A stretch of DNA of 64,000 nt from Octopus sinensis (lineage: Eukaryota): positions 40,548,001 to 40,612,000 of the forward strand of contig NC_043013.1 of NCBI RefSeq assembly GCF_006345805.1, in the 5' to 3' direction. A model generated the notes under the pieces. That model was not told the origin of the DNA. It made no database searches and saw nothing but the letters and a program-made list of their open reading frames with translations. Positions 12,509 through 25,679 of the stretch are shown here, piece by piece; the stretch's first letter is position 1, and each line of letters starts with the position of its first letter. Both the position numbers and the translations under genes were made by a program.

Positions 12509-13004
12509 TAAATAATAAACAAAACAAAACAAAAAACTTGTGCAGGAATTTTCACTTTAATCTATGTTTAATCTATATAAATATAAAAATAAGAGAAAGG
12601 AAGGGGAGAAATATATTTTCAAAGAATCAACACAAACATTGTCGGTAATGAGCATGGTTTGCTCGCTATCTTTGTATTTGTTTTAGTTTGAAAGTTTCTT
12701 TTTCCTTTTCTTAATTAATAATAACTGCGAAATTATAAAATAGAGATAATAATTTAATCAAATTTTACTGAGAATATTTTTGTCGTCTGTCCAAAATTTT
12801 GATCAGAAAGTAAACCCCTCCCTATATACCGAATTCTGAAATAAATGTGGCACAACAATAATAAGTATTAGTAGTACTGTTTTTTTAAGTCGTCAAAGTA
12901 AAAATATTTCATTAAGAACCAATAGAAAACAATTATCTCAACCGCTGCGTTAATTAAATAGTATGGATAATGCGTAAAAGATTTTACTATCATACTCATA
13001 TGTA

Positions 13005-13225
13005 AAGTAGTGTGGATTGGCAAAATCGGTAAAGAGCAAGACCAACTACCATGTGTTATTTCGTACATTTACGTTCTGAGTTCAAATGTCGCCAGGGTCA
13101 ATACTGACTTTCTACCCTCCGAGTTCAATAAGAGTAAAATACCAAGTGATATACTAGATTCGATTAAATCGACTGTCTTCTCCCACCCGAAATTTATGGC
13201 CTTCTGCCTATCTTAGAAATCATTA
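13005..13225 (+). mobile_element. SINE family A, diverged
   Basis: tttacgttctgagttcaaat...gactttctaccctcc...gccttctgcctatc. Confidence 0.7.
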
Positions 13226-13342
13226 GAATCCTAGACTGATATCGTGAAAAGTACAAAAAATTTTGAGATGTCAGTCTGTTTGAAACTGATGAAATGATTT
13301 CATTTAAAACGCAGACATTCGCACATTGCTACATTTGTATAT

Positions 13343-13378
<36 letters not shown>

Positions 13379-13671
13379 ATATATACACATACGTTGACAT
13401 TAAGGATGTATTTAATTCTTTCATTTGTACTGTGCGAAAGATTTTCTTTTGTTTCCGCCCGAATTGTTTATACCCGCCTTAACTTTAATATAAATATTAA
13501 CATAAAGTTGTCTACGTATGTATGCTTCAACAGCTGTATGAATGTACGTATGCATGTATATTAGAGCACTTGTATGTAAACATACATGTGTATACATCCA
13601 TCCATCAACTTGCACATACACACGCACGCATACAAACACACTTATACACACTCTCTCACACACACACGTAT

Positions 13672-13860
13672 CTTTTATCTGCTTCAGTCATTGGCCTACG
13701 GCAATGCTGGGGAATTGCTTTGAAGGGTTTCGCCGAATAGATCGATCCCTGTATATATTTTGATCGGACTTCTTTGCTGAACCGCCAAAATATAGAGGCG
13801 TAAACAAATCATCACGGTTGCTAAGCTATTGCGAGAAGACAATGACAAATACAAAAAGTA
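13672..13860 (-). mobile_element. SINE family B, old 3' half
   Basis: Degenerate ttcagtcattgg...gcaatgctgggg...ctgaaccgcc. Confidence 0.6.
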
Positions 13861-13989
13861 CACACACACGCACACACGCACGCGCACACATACACACTTC
13901 ATGTAGAAGATTTTATCCAAGTTGAAGATTCACTTTGTCGCTTTTCAAAGTTTTGGGAACCTGACACTCGGTGTAACAGTTGGCGAAGT

Positions 13990-14185
13990 TTTTAGTTAGC
14001 TTCTACTGCTTGCGATAACTCGTAGGAGTGGAAGTGGTTAACAAGACCGATAAGAGATAGGCAGATCCTGTGACACTGAGGGCATTGAAAGTGACTCCGA
14101 ACAACAGCCACAGGGGTTTAGTGATGACATCTCTTGCTTTCTGCATATAATTTCCTGCTTTCAGTTTCCAAGTGTTCTATTCTGA
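13990..14185 (-). mobile_element. RTE-clade LINE 3' fragment
   Basis: Translation RIEHLETESRK...FQCPQCHRICLSLIGLVNHFHS matches the C-terminal CxxC...IGLxxH motif of RTE ORFs. Confidence 0.7.
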
Positions 14186-14204
14186 CATCAAATAAATATT
14201 CTTT

Positions 14205-14598
14205 TCTACTCTAGACACAAGGCCCAAAATTTCTGGGGAGGGGACCAGTCGATTAGATCGACCCCAGTACGCAACAGGTATTTAATTTATCGACTTCGAA
14301 AGGATGAAAGGCAAAGTCGACCTCGGCGGAGTTTGAACTCAGAACGTAAAGACAGACGAAATACCTATTTCTTTACTACCCACAAGGGGTTAAACACAGA
14401 GGGGACAAACAAGGACATACGAACGGATTAAGTCGATTACATCGACCCGAGTGCGTAACTGGTACTTATTTAATCGACCCCGAAAGGATGAAAGGCAAAG
14501 TTGACCTCGGCGGAATTTGAACTCAGAATACTGCGGCAGACGAAATACCGCTAAACATTTCGTCCGGAATGCTAACGTTTCTGCCAGCTCACTGCCTT
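14205..14598 (-). mobile_element. Dimeric SINE family A (head-body-long tail-second body)
   Basis: Two bodies joined by cccttgtgggtagtaaagaaataggtatttcgtc (sense reading). Confidence 0.88.
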
Positions 14599-14599
14599 G

Positions 14600-15035
14600 A
14601 CATCCAATAAATATTAATGAAGGAATAATATGTCATTTCTTTCACTAACCCTTATCACTTTTATAAAACTCATCATCTGACTATGTTCAACTCTAACATG
14701 AAACAATTAAGTTATATAACACTCCTAAAACACTATCATTACAATAAAAAAACAATATATATATAATTTAATATTACCTCCCGAATTAAATTAACAAATG
14801 GAGGAGCCCCCATATTACAAACACACAATAAAAATATTAATAACTTTATCATAAGATTATAATTAATTATTCCTCTTCATAAAAAACAACTTTCGACTAT
14901 TAACTCATTCATAAGTTAAATAACCTACACAAAACAGCCCTGATGAGCATAACCCATGACAAACCATTCTTAATATAGCCCCTTCTCGACCTACAATAAA
15001 TCCTCTAATTATACCTGCTAATATTACTCTTAGAA
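14600..15035 (-). pseudogene. nad4: NUMT: 3' part of mitochondrial NADH dehydrogenase subunit 4, frameshifted
   Basis: In the invertebrate mitochondrial code: GAMLSMVCHGLCSSGLFCVGYLTYEWVNSRKLFFMK, a +1 shift, then GMINY...FLLCVCNMGAPPFVNLIREV. These match the ND4 motifs HGLCSSGLF and NMxAPP; TGA is read as Trp. Confidence 0.9.
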
Positions 15036-15116
15036 GAACTTGTTTTACCTATTCTAATTAATTTGTCACTCTGTGCAATTATTTGTACCATTATACGCGC
15101 ACGCATACACAAAGAC

Positions 15117-15160
<44 letters not shown>

Positions 15161-16162
15161 CATAAAGTGTTTCATTCAAAGGTCTCTGAGAATGCTGTAG
15201 GATGTCACGCTGTTATATAACTCTAGGTGTACGATTAGTTATAGCAGGAACAAGTGTGAGCTAATGAAATTGATTATCGTAATTCCTGTGTGGGGACCAG
15301 CCTGCGAAATTTTTTTCCCACGTAAAGGCATAACTTAGCGATCGGTCGTCTTACAACACCGTTCTTCGTCTTGAGTTTATTTGGGAGAGTGTATTTGTTA
15401 ACTTGATAACAAGGCCAAGGTGGACTCTGATTGGCTGTATGCAAATGAGTTCATTACTGGGGTCCGGAACTCTCGTGAAGAAAAACATTTCGCGACCGGC
15501 CTGTCAAAGAATAGACTCAATGTTTCCTCTGCGTGTCGTAAGAGGCGACTAAAGGAAGTTGAGGTAGGATTTGCACTACGACCTCGTAAAACTTTCTACT
15601 CAAACAGACCCATAGGTTGGAGGGTTGTCGCCTCAGAGGTGCAAAGGAGTCAATCTGCTAGCTTGTTGTTGAGCCGCTAATTTTCTCGGTGATTTAACCC
15701 GGGTTGCAATCGTTGTGAAGTGTAGATATATGTTGAAAAGAGTGGGTAAAAGAGCAGGTCCTTACGAAACTCTAATGTGCAAATTGCAAGTTCCAAAAGA
15801 AGTTTTATTGTACATTATATAGGCTTGATGATCTGATAGTAGTTTACGAACCAGTGTTATCATTGTTTTTTTTAAAGGTGGTGTTAATCATTTTCTGTAC
15901 AAGTGAATAGCAGGAAATGGAGTCAGAAGCTTTTTTGATGTCGATCTTAATTAATATGGAATGTTCGGGAGTTATTTTCTTATTAAAACCATTGTGTATT
16001 ATCTCCGTTGGTCTTGTTAGCAAGTGTGGTGATTGTGTGTAGTGGTCTGGATCCATATTGGGATTTGGAAAGGGACATACATGGATTAGCACTGTCTAGG
16101 ATTAACCTTTGTAGAATTATTGTTGTTGTTGTTGGGCTTTAGAATTGTTGTAATTTTGCCCA

Positions 16163-16377
16163 CTTCCAAGTTCTTGGTATTTGGTTTCAAATTTTGGCAC
16201 AAGGCCAGCAATATCGAGGCAAGTGCTAAGTCGATTCCATAGATCCAAGTGCTCAACTGGTATTTTTTTTATCCACTCCAAAAGGACAAAAGGCAAAGTG
16301 AACCCCGGCAGCATTTGAATCTAGAACGTAAAGACAGACGAAATGCCGCTAGGCATTGTGGCTGATGCGCTAACGAT
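16163..16377 (-). mobile_element. SINE family A with a 16-bp TSD
   Basis: aagttcttggtatttg occurs on both sides (16147-16162 and ~16378-16393). Confidence 0.92.
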
Positions 16378-17044
16378 TCTTCCATCTCACCGCTTTAAAG
16401 TTCTTGGTATTTGACAACGTTGGTGCAAATAGCTGTATATAATTGGTCATGGTGAGTCCAGCGATTCTTTTAGGCCATATGTGTTTCAAGTGTATGTTTG
16501 TTATTATATCTGACTTAAATATTTAGATTTCCCTCTTGCATTGCTGGGAATCTGATGGAAGAAAGGAGTTGAAAATCGTGATCTAGATGCAAAGCGCACG
16601 CTTTTCTTTCGTTGAATGTCTTTGTGATGACTGATTTTCGTGAAATGTTTGATAAAAGTACCAATTTGGTGTTGCAGCGTGAATATATTAAGATTATTAT
16701 TGTGACACAGGGTGTGGTATGGCTGTTGTTATTGTTGTTGTTGTTGATGATGATGTTACTAATTGCTCTATTTTACTGTTAGCTCTATCATATATGTTGG
16801 ATACAAATTCTTGCCAATTTTCTGTTTTTCTATGGTTGATACTGTTTGTTATTTCCTTATTTAGTTGCTTCCAGCAGAGTTTTATTTCGGTTATGTGTGG
16901 TTTTGGTGTATTGTGTCTGAGGCTGTCTGATTTTTATGAGGTTAATTATTTCTGCTGTGTAACTGGGTTATAATTTTTCTTATGTTGCCTTGTGGAATAT
17001 GTTTTTGTTTTTTTCTTTTTTTTCCTTTTTTAGATGTATTCTAT

Positions 17045-17624
<580 letters not shown>

Positions 17625-18079
17625 ATATATCTGTAACTTTGGACATATGTATTCCTGTGCCTCTAAAGGCGATTGTAGCGCTGTTTAATTCTGAAAATTC
17701 GAGTTTATTGAGATATTAATAGGTAAATGATCCAAGGAAAGTTAGGGAATTGTTGACCAATCGGTTGTGGTAGCTGGGTGTGGAAAGCAAAAGGCGAAGT
17801 CTGGGGATATTTTGTTACAATTTGTTTGGTGGGGGGTGTATTTGATACCCTGCTTAAAGAAGTAATTGTTCTTTAGCCCCAAGTCTGCCTGTAAAGGTTC
17901 CTGCAGTTACCACCTCATCTCTTTCTAGAAGGAACTACTAAGACAATTAGTTGTATCTCCGCAAATTTGGTTACTATTTCTAGTGAATCGAGCTACCACA
18001 CAGAAGCTCCCATACTGGATCGTAGAATTTGTTACTGTTGTTGTTACACTGGCATTTGAACTACCATCAACAGCAGTCG

Positions 18080-18412
18080 TAGTGAAGGTGCGTGGTTTAA
18101 TGGTTAAGTTATTTGGCTCAGGGTCGTGAGGTCGTGAGTTCGGTTCCCGGCAGCGAGTTGTATCCTTGAGCAAGACACTTTATTTCAAGTTGCTGCATTC
18201 CACTCAGCTGACAAATATGAGCAGTACTTGTATTTCAAAGGACCAGCCTTGTAATAGTATCCCGTATCACGCCGAATCTTTCTGAGAACTATGTTAAGAC
18301 TACGCATATCTGTGGACTGCTCAGCCACTTGCACGTAAATTTCACGAGCAGGCTGTTCTGTTGATCGGATCAGTTGGAGCCGTCGTCGTCGCAACCGACG
18401 GAATGCCAGTTT
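18080..18412 (+). mobile_element. SINE family D with an 11-bp TSD
   Basis: Head tagtgaaggtgcgtggtttaatggtt...gagttcggttccc; TSD aacagcagtcg at 18069-18079 and 18413-18423. Confidence 0.9.
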
Positions 18413-18494
18413 AACAGCAGTCGCATTTAAAAAGTTTTGGCTTTTTTTTTTCATAAAGCTCAAAGAACGTTTGATTTAGCGGTTGAAAAATGGG

Positions 18495-18715
18495 ATAAAT
18501 TTATTTGCTGTGAAGAAGGAAAGTACAACGTTTCAGTTAGAACACTTCGCCAGAGAGACCTGATCATTGGTGGTACTAAATAAATAGATTAGAAGATGCT
18601 AATTGATAGCATCATTCTCAGATGACACTTCCTCATCTATTCTTTCGGTATCATTAGAAAACATTTTTCGACGAATGGTTCTGTCCGAAACGTTAGACTT
18701 CTCTTCATTCTCACA
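18495..18715. mobile_element. Decayed inverted-repeat element with two degenerate hammerhead-like motifs
   Basis: Minus ~18520-18555 CTGGCGAAGTG...GAAACGTT; plus ~18667-18700 TCGACGAATGG...CCGAAACGTTAG. The arms are imperfect reverse complements. Confidence 0.5.
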
Positions 18716-19379
18716 CTAAATCAATTTATTCCACTTTTCAACTAATAACAGCACCAAACCGTCACTAGTTTTCTGGGAAATCTACTGTTTGTTTTATTCA
18801 GCTGTTGCATATGCACAAAACTTACACATTAGACTGACTATAATAAATGATTTACGGTTTTACAAGTAAAGTATATCTGTAGTTGTAAGACTATACATAT
18901 ACAAACAAACACAGAGTTCATGTACATATACAAGTACATATACATATACAAATTCATATACACATGCTTATACACAATGATTATTATACAAATACATTAA
19001 TATTTAAAAAAAGGTTTGTATGGAGCTACAATGACAAAAAAACACGTGTCTTGTGACTGCACTGAGACAGAAAACTGTAACATATAGGTTGCAAAGACTG
19101 CACTCTTTCTTCGTAGTTTAGGGTTACCCTGTTCTGATGATCATTCCTATTTCTGTCTCTTTCGTTACCAGCCTTTTTCTTTCCTTCTTTCTTTCCTTTT
19201 TCTTTCTTTCTTTTTTCTTTCTTCCCTTCTTTCTTTCTTTCTTTCTTTCTTCCTTCCTTCCTTTCTTTTTTCTTTCTTTCTTTCTTTTTTCTTTCTTTCT
19301 CTCTTTCTTTCTTTCTTTCTATATGTATGTACGTATGCATACATGTATGTATGTATGTATGTATGTATGTATGTATGTA

Positions 19380-19426
<47 letters not shown>

Positions 19427-19649
19427 GTGTGTGTGTGTTTGTGCGTGACTGCATATATGTATACGTGACTATGTTGCGCTCACCCACGAGGAAATTACGA
19501 GAGCAAACGTTGGCAAGTTTTCTTTTTTTTATGACTGAAACGAGATGATGCAGGATGTACTGTTTCTGCTACATTTTGTTCAAAGACATTCTGACCATGT
19601 TTCGGCAATCTGTGGGTTCATTTCCCTTATCTTTTTTTTTTCCCCTCGA

Positions 19650-20345
19650 CTACAATTAAAAGCCTGGGAGACATCTCCAATGAGTTCCTTCTGAACAACT
19701 CTGATTCTCTTTGCCGCACTCTCTGCTGATTTCTGTTTGTATACAAGGGTTATTGCCAGAGCTGATCTTTCTATGGTCGCTGACCGGAGTTTCTTGTCGA
19801 GGGAATGATACGATCATTTCATATGACCAATGCGTCTGTAGTAGGAGCACTCCGTCGGTTACGACGATGAGGGTCCCAGCTGATACGATCAACGGAACAG
19901 CTTGCTCGTGAAATTAACGTGCAAGTGGCTGAGCACTCCACAGACACGTGTACCCTTAACGTAGTTCTCGGGGAGATTCAGAGTGACACAGAGTGTGACA
20001 AGGTTGGCCCTTTGAAATACAGGTACAACAGAAACAGGAAGAAAGAGTGAGAGAAAGTTGTGGTGAAAGAGTACAGCAGGGTTCACCCCCCCCCCTGCAG
20101 GAGCCTTGTGAAGCTTTAGGCGTTTTCGCTCAATAAACACTCACAATGCCCGGTCTGGGAATCGAAACCACGATCCTACGACTGCAAGTCCGCTGCCCTA
20201 ACCACAGGGCCATTGCGCCTCCACAATGCGTCTGTAGGTGGAGTTAAAAACATTAGAGTCCTGTCGAATTTAATCTTTCCAAAATTTCCTCTGCCAATTA
20301 ATGAAGTGAGGATTGATCTTAGGCATCTTTCGTTGAAACGTTTCA
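19650..20345 (-). mobile_element. Very decayed RTE-like LINE fragment split by SINE C
   Basis: LKRFNERCLRSIL...RRIGH-like remnants on both sides of the SINE. Confidence 0.4.
19842..20223 (-). mobile_element. SINE family C, full length, 14-bp TSD
   Basis: Closely similar to 7056-7430; caatgcgtctgtag on both flanks. Confidence 0.93.
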
Positions 20346-20534
20346 GAAAACAAAAGAAAATTTTATAAATACACCTGCATCTTCATACATACACACGTGC
20401 GCTCACGTACACCTGTACTGTGGAGACGCACATGCGCAGAACTTTCCCTCATAAATTTTCAAATGTTTCCCCTACTCATTATCCCCTCGTCGAAAATTTA
20501 CGAATGGCAGGTTTCCCCCATTTCTCAATAAAAT

Positions 20535-20579
<45 letters not shown>

Positions 20580-20634
20580 TCATTCACTCACACACACACA
20601 CATACACACACACACACTCACTCACTCACTCACA

Positions 20635-20680
<46 letters not shown>

Positions 20681-21264
20681 AAAACACACTCTCACACAAA
20701 CACACACACACACAAGCAAACACTCGCACACATCCACACACACACAGACTTTTGGCGGAATAAAACGGGAGAAATCGTAGAGTTTATTCGTCTGAGAAAC
20801 CGACCACTCATTTTATTGCGTTATCGAAGCAAGTGTATTTTAGGCGCTAACCACAATCAGTTGCCCCATTTAACGCTTCCAAGACAAGTGCTTTAGTGGA
20901 GTCTGTTTAGTTGCAAGAATCGTCCCCTTCTTCTATTTGTTCCAGGGACCCCCCGAAAATGATCAAGAGCCCTGTCTTTTGTTTTTTTCCCCAATTAAGT
21001 ATAAAATCATCCTTTGTGCCATATTTAAAGGCTTAGAAAACTTTCACACCAGACAAAATGATAATAGAATAGATGTTTATGATATTATAAGTCTCTACCG
21101 TTATTTGTTTTAAAATTCAGAATATGGCTTTTTTCAGACACTTACGCCTAACTGAAGTACGTTTGTATTATCCCCTTGATGAAAATATATCAATGATATT
21201 CATCGGTTATTGATGGCCTAACGAAATATGTTCTGATTCTTTATTAAATAGTCGAATCAGAATA

Positions 21265-21370
21265 TAAACTAGCTTCTTTCAGTTTCCATCTACCAAATCC
21301 ACTCATAAGGCTTTGGTCGTCCCAAGGCTATAGTAGCAGGCATTTGCCCAAGGTGCCACGCAACTTGGGC
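21265..21370 (-). mobile_element. SINE family B fragment
   Basis: cttctttcagtttccatctaccaaatccactcataaggc...gcccaaggtgccacg. Confidence 0.8.
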
Positions 21371-21552
21371 AAGTAGTGACACTTTTCCCCCCTCTGATTG
21401 ATTTCCGCTAGGCTTCAGTTAAAACTTTTATATCTGATGCTGTATGTTGTCTGGGGATTATTTTCTATCTCAAGAAAGAATTTTTTTTTTTCAGGAAAAA
21501 TACCTACAGCATCAGGTGGGTATTCACTAATAAACTTTTGTATAATACTCGA

Positions 21553-21641
21553 TACAGAAATCCCTCGACTATCGCGGGTATTACGTTTCAAAACCCCTCC
21601 GCAACAGGGGAAAATCCGCGAAGTAGAAACAGTACTGTATA

Positions 21642-21706
<65 letters not shown>

Positions 21707-21838
21707 TTTATTTTTATAATTTGTATATATTTATTTTATTATAAATGCAAAACAACACCACGGAAGAATCGACGTAAGCTTAAATAATAAACCGCAATAG
21801 GTGAACCGCGATATAGATATAGCGAGGGGTTACTTTAT
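21553..21838. mobile_element. Tigger/pogo-like MITE containing (TAA)n
   Basis: Ends tacagaaatccctcgactatcgcggg and ccgcgatatag..agcgaggggttact resemble Tigger-type TIRs. Confidence 0.5.
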
Positions 21839-21879
21839 AATTTTCTCAGCCTACCAATCTCTTTCTTTGATTTTATGTA

Positions 21880-22102
21880 TTATTTTCAAGGACAGGTTTT
21901 GTCCAGCATCTGGCGCAGACGATAATTTGCTTGCTGTCTTATTGAACATCATGCTCTTCTCCCTTTAATCGCCCTGCACAACTGCATTTTTGTGTTGATT
22001 CACCTAATCCCTTACATTGTTTCTTCGTTTATCAAGGATGTAGGCGTCGCCGTTAAGCGCAAACATGCTTCCTTTTCTTGTTGATGGTATGAATTCCATA
22101 AT
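21880..22102 (-). mobile_element. MULE transposase relic (FLYWCH-like N-terminus)
   Basis: MEFIPSTRKGSMFALNGDAYILDKRRNN, then frameshifted remnants SCAGRL, SAPDA and KIIHKIKER, matching the FLYWCH...HxHxPD layout. Confidence 0.5.
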
Positions 22103-22554
22103 CTTAAAAAAGAAAAGTAAAAATTTCTTTCTGAACAGCCACTGAATCAGGGTCTAGGCGAGTAAACAAATATTGGTTTGGGGCGTGGCTAAAAAATCCC
22201 AACAGAATAACCAACCACAAGCGAAACAGAAACTGAAGGGGATAGTTTCTGAATGCAGTCCGCTGGTGAGAGCGATATATTACAATGAAAAGTGATTTTA
22301 ATTATAAGTTTTATATTTGCATTAAAATGAACAACAATTTTGCCAGTTGTCTGTTTGGCTAAATATCCGTTCAGCTAGGTGCCCTCTATGTCTTTTATCT
22401 GTCAGTAAAATGTTTGGAAGCTGTGTGCGTGTATATATATGAGCATGTGCATATATGCATAGACACACACACACACACACACACATGTATATATATATAT
22501 ATATGTGTGTATGTATATATATATATGTGTGTAATGTATATATATATATATGTT

Positions 22555-22755
22555 GATTCGCTAGCTTCTGCACGCATTTTTTTTCTCTCCTTGTTTCTCT
22601 CCGTGTTTCTTTTCTGTGTATCTTTCTGTTGAAGAGCGTAGGCTCGAAACGTAAAAGACTTGTTTTATTTATATTCCTGAGCGCCATACTAATACAATTG
22701 TTTGTTTGTATTCCACCTGCCTTCGTCTTTTGTTTATTTTCATAAAGCTTCCCGT
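22555..22755 (+). mobile_element. ~200-bp hammerhead-bearing non-coding element in (TA)n
   Basis: (TA)n on both sides, central hammerhead motif, no ORF. Confidence 0.7.
22621..22658 (+). ncRNA. Minimal type-I hammerhead ribozyme motif (A6U core variant)
   Basis: TCTTT-CTGTTGA-A-GAGC-gtag-GCTC-GAAA-CG-TA-AAAGA: 5-bp stem I, 4-bp stem II, palindromic ACGT helix III, GUA triplet. Confidence 0.7.
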
Positions 22756-23109
22756 TATATATATATATATATACACGTATATATGCATATACATATATAT
22801 ACGTATATATGCATATATATGCGTGTATAATCATGCACACATACGCACGCACACACACACACACGCACACTAGCAATGCATCCCGGCGTTGCCCGGGTGT
22901 TATGACTTACAGCCACATTGTATTTGTTCCTTTCTTGTGGACAAAATCGGTACAACTGATTATATAGTGAACTGGATTACTGGCGTAATGGAAGTTATTG
23001 CTTGTTTGAAAGTGAAGGGGGAATGTACAATTTGCATGGGTTCGCATGAAAGTGCTTTCTGTTCATAAGAAGGATCGCAAACTATGTATTGTTTCATCGT
23101 AGAAAAGGG

Positions 23110-23640
23110 GGCTTAATATGATTTTGCCCAGAAATCACATTTTTTCAAGATTTTAATTTCCCCACGTAATCACTGCAATTTCTTTATTTTGTAACTTTTT
23201 TTCGAATTTTTTTTTTACAGAGATTACGAATCTGAGAAATATATTTTTAAAGTTTAATTTTTCTTAAAGAAACACTCAATGCCCCTTCCCCCACCTCGCC
23301 CACCCATCACTTACCCGCTTTTAAAAAGCTAAAACCTCTCAATGTTTCACTTTCGTCTGAAATAGTAGACGTAAAAAATACTACTACCAGAAGACCCGAC
23401 AGGCTAAAAACAACAGGTAAACGACATTATTTCTGAAGAAACTTCCCGCTTTCCAAAATGCTAAAAGTGAAACATTAAGAGTTTGTAGCATTTTGAGAGT
23501 GGTGAGGTGACGGGTAGATGTTTGAGAAAGAGATTTTAGTGTTTCTTTAAGAACAAAAAAAAAAAGAAGACGAAAATTCTTAAAGATTCGTGCTCTCTAT
23601 TTTTTTCACTGTGGATTACCAAAAAAAGAAAAATGGGAAA
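23110..23640. repeat. Decayed foldback / MITE-like inverted repeat
   Basis: ttcttaaagaaacact vs agtgtttctttaagaa; aatgtttcacttt vs aaagtgaaacatt. Confidence 0.5.
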
Positions 23641-24160
23641 AGGTAAAAAAAGGAAGAAATCGGGGACGGAAAGGGAGAAAATTGAAATGGAAATTTGAAT
23701 GTTCCTTCTCCTGTTGTTCTGTCGGGATTCGAAAGCAGTCTTGTTCTACCTGGCAAAATTACTCAAGGAGACCCTACACGCGCGCAAGCACACACACATA
23801 AATAGAAAGAGAGACGGATATGATTAGCTACCATATAAAGGTCCCTTCGTTGTTTCTTATATATTTTGAGTATACATTTACACTTGGTAAGGAATATAAT
23901 AGCGTACAATGGTTTCGTTTATGACTCTTCACTACCCATGCTTACTTACTTTAGAGCAGTTTGTATATCCCTTACATGGGATTATAGTAGCAATTGATGA
24001 AGTAGTAGATATATTTTGTTTTTGCTTTTTACTTGTAGTAAATATAGCCTGCTAAAAATATGAACATAATTTAGCACATCCCACCACATAACTCCCTTTT
24101 TGTATCTGGTTTGCAAGATTCTTTATGTGAATTCGTGTGATGAAACAAATTTTGTTGCGT

Positions 24161-24493
24161 CTAGGGAGAGTCATAATGCAAATATTAACACATGTACTGG
24201 TTCAACTCCACTCCTTTATCATTATTCAACTAGTTAGATATCCAACTAACTAATCGATTGATTGTTTAATTTAGTTAAACAATAAGTCGTTTGTTTTGTT
24301 TTTGTTTGTCAAAATTCTTTCCTTACTACTTTCCAATGACTTTTGGCTTAGTCCATTACAGAGGCCGCATTTTAACCAAATTAAGCAAACAATCGATTAG
24401 TTAGTTGGATATATTCAATCAATTGACTAATAATAAAGAAGTGGAATTGAACCAGTGCGTGTGATAATGATATTGGCCAATGACTCTCCCTAG
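24161..24493. mobile_element. MITE with ~130-bp imperfect TIRs
   Basis: ctagggagagtca...tatccaactaactaatcgattg vs caatcgattagttagttggata...tgactctccctag. Confidence 0.8.
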
Positions 24494-24744
24494 CCACCTC
24501 ATAACTTCAATATGCAAACCACACATATCAACAAGCATAATACTCAAACGCATACACATAAGCTTGTACATAGTTACACGTACGAATCACCAATTGAAGC
24601 AAAAGTGTTAATATTCATGTAATTTTACATGACAAGGTAGATATGACAGGTTACGAATACCTGATCACACGGCTGTCTGTAGATGCTTTGAAATATATAT
24701 CAAATCTCTGACCAGTCTACTAGAGGTTTTGACAATAATCAGCT

Positions 24745-25130
24745 TATTTCCCACCAACTATGTGGTTCCAGGTTCAATCCCACTGCGTGGCACCTTGGGC
24801 AAGTGTCTTCTACTACAGGCTCGGGACGACCAAGACCTTGTGAGTGGATTTGGTAGACGGAAACTGAAAGAAGCTCGCCGAATATGTGTGTGTGCGCGCA
24901 TGTTTTTTTTTGTGTGTGTGTGTGTGTGTCTTTATGTCTTCCCCACCACCTCTTGAAAACCAGTGTTTGTCAGTTTACGTCCCCGTAACCTAGCAGTTCG
25001 GCATAAATGACCGATATGATAAGCAGCAGGCTTAAAAAGAAAGTCCTGGGGTCGATTCGTTCGACTAAATACTTTTCAAGGCAGTGCCCCAGCATGGCTG
25101 CAGTCTAATGACTGAAACAGGTAAATGATA
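24745..25130 (+). mobile_element. SINE family B
   Basis: Family B motifs with an internal (TG)n. Confidence 0.88.
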
Positions 25131-25304
25131 AAAATATACTCGAAATCGATTAGGGTAGTTTTTTAGGTTATAAATTTATGTCATGAAGTTATTCAGCGAA
25201 ATATGAAATCGATATTCTTAGTAGAGACTCCTTACATGTCGAACCAATCGATGTGTCATTTAGGAACTTGTTGTTATTCAGTATTCTGAGCTTTTATCTT
25301 TTAT

Positions 25305-25487
25305 CGTTTTTTACTTGTTTCAGTCATAAACCTGTGGCCATGCGCGGGTACCGTCTTGAAAAGTTTTTAGTCGAATGAATCGACTCCAGTACCCCCCCTT
25401 TTTTTAACTTTTGAAAGCTGATGCTTATCCTATCCGGTTGTCAAGCGGTGCGGTGGGGGACAAACACAAGCAAAAAGACACACACAC

Positions 25488-25560
<73 letters not shown>

Positions 25561-25679
25561 GATCTTTTTTTCTCTCAAATCCGCTAACTAGGCTTTGGTC
25601 GGCCTGGGGCTGTAATAGACTGAACCCGGAACCATGTGGTTGGGATGCAAATTTGTACTACATAGCCACGCCTGTGCCT
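25305..25679 (-). mobile_element. SINE family B, internally deleted, (CA)n
   Basis: Reverse-complement family B motifs. Confidence 0.82.

Noticed and set aside
14935-14970. CTGATGAG-CAT...ATG-ACAAAC as a hammerhead
   Set aside because: It is the reverse complement of the nad4 codons for HGLCSSG, and the GAAA is missing.
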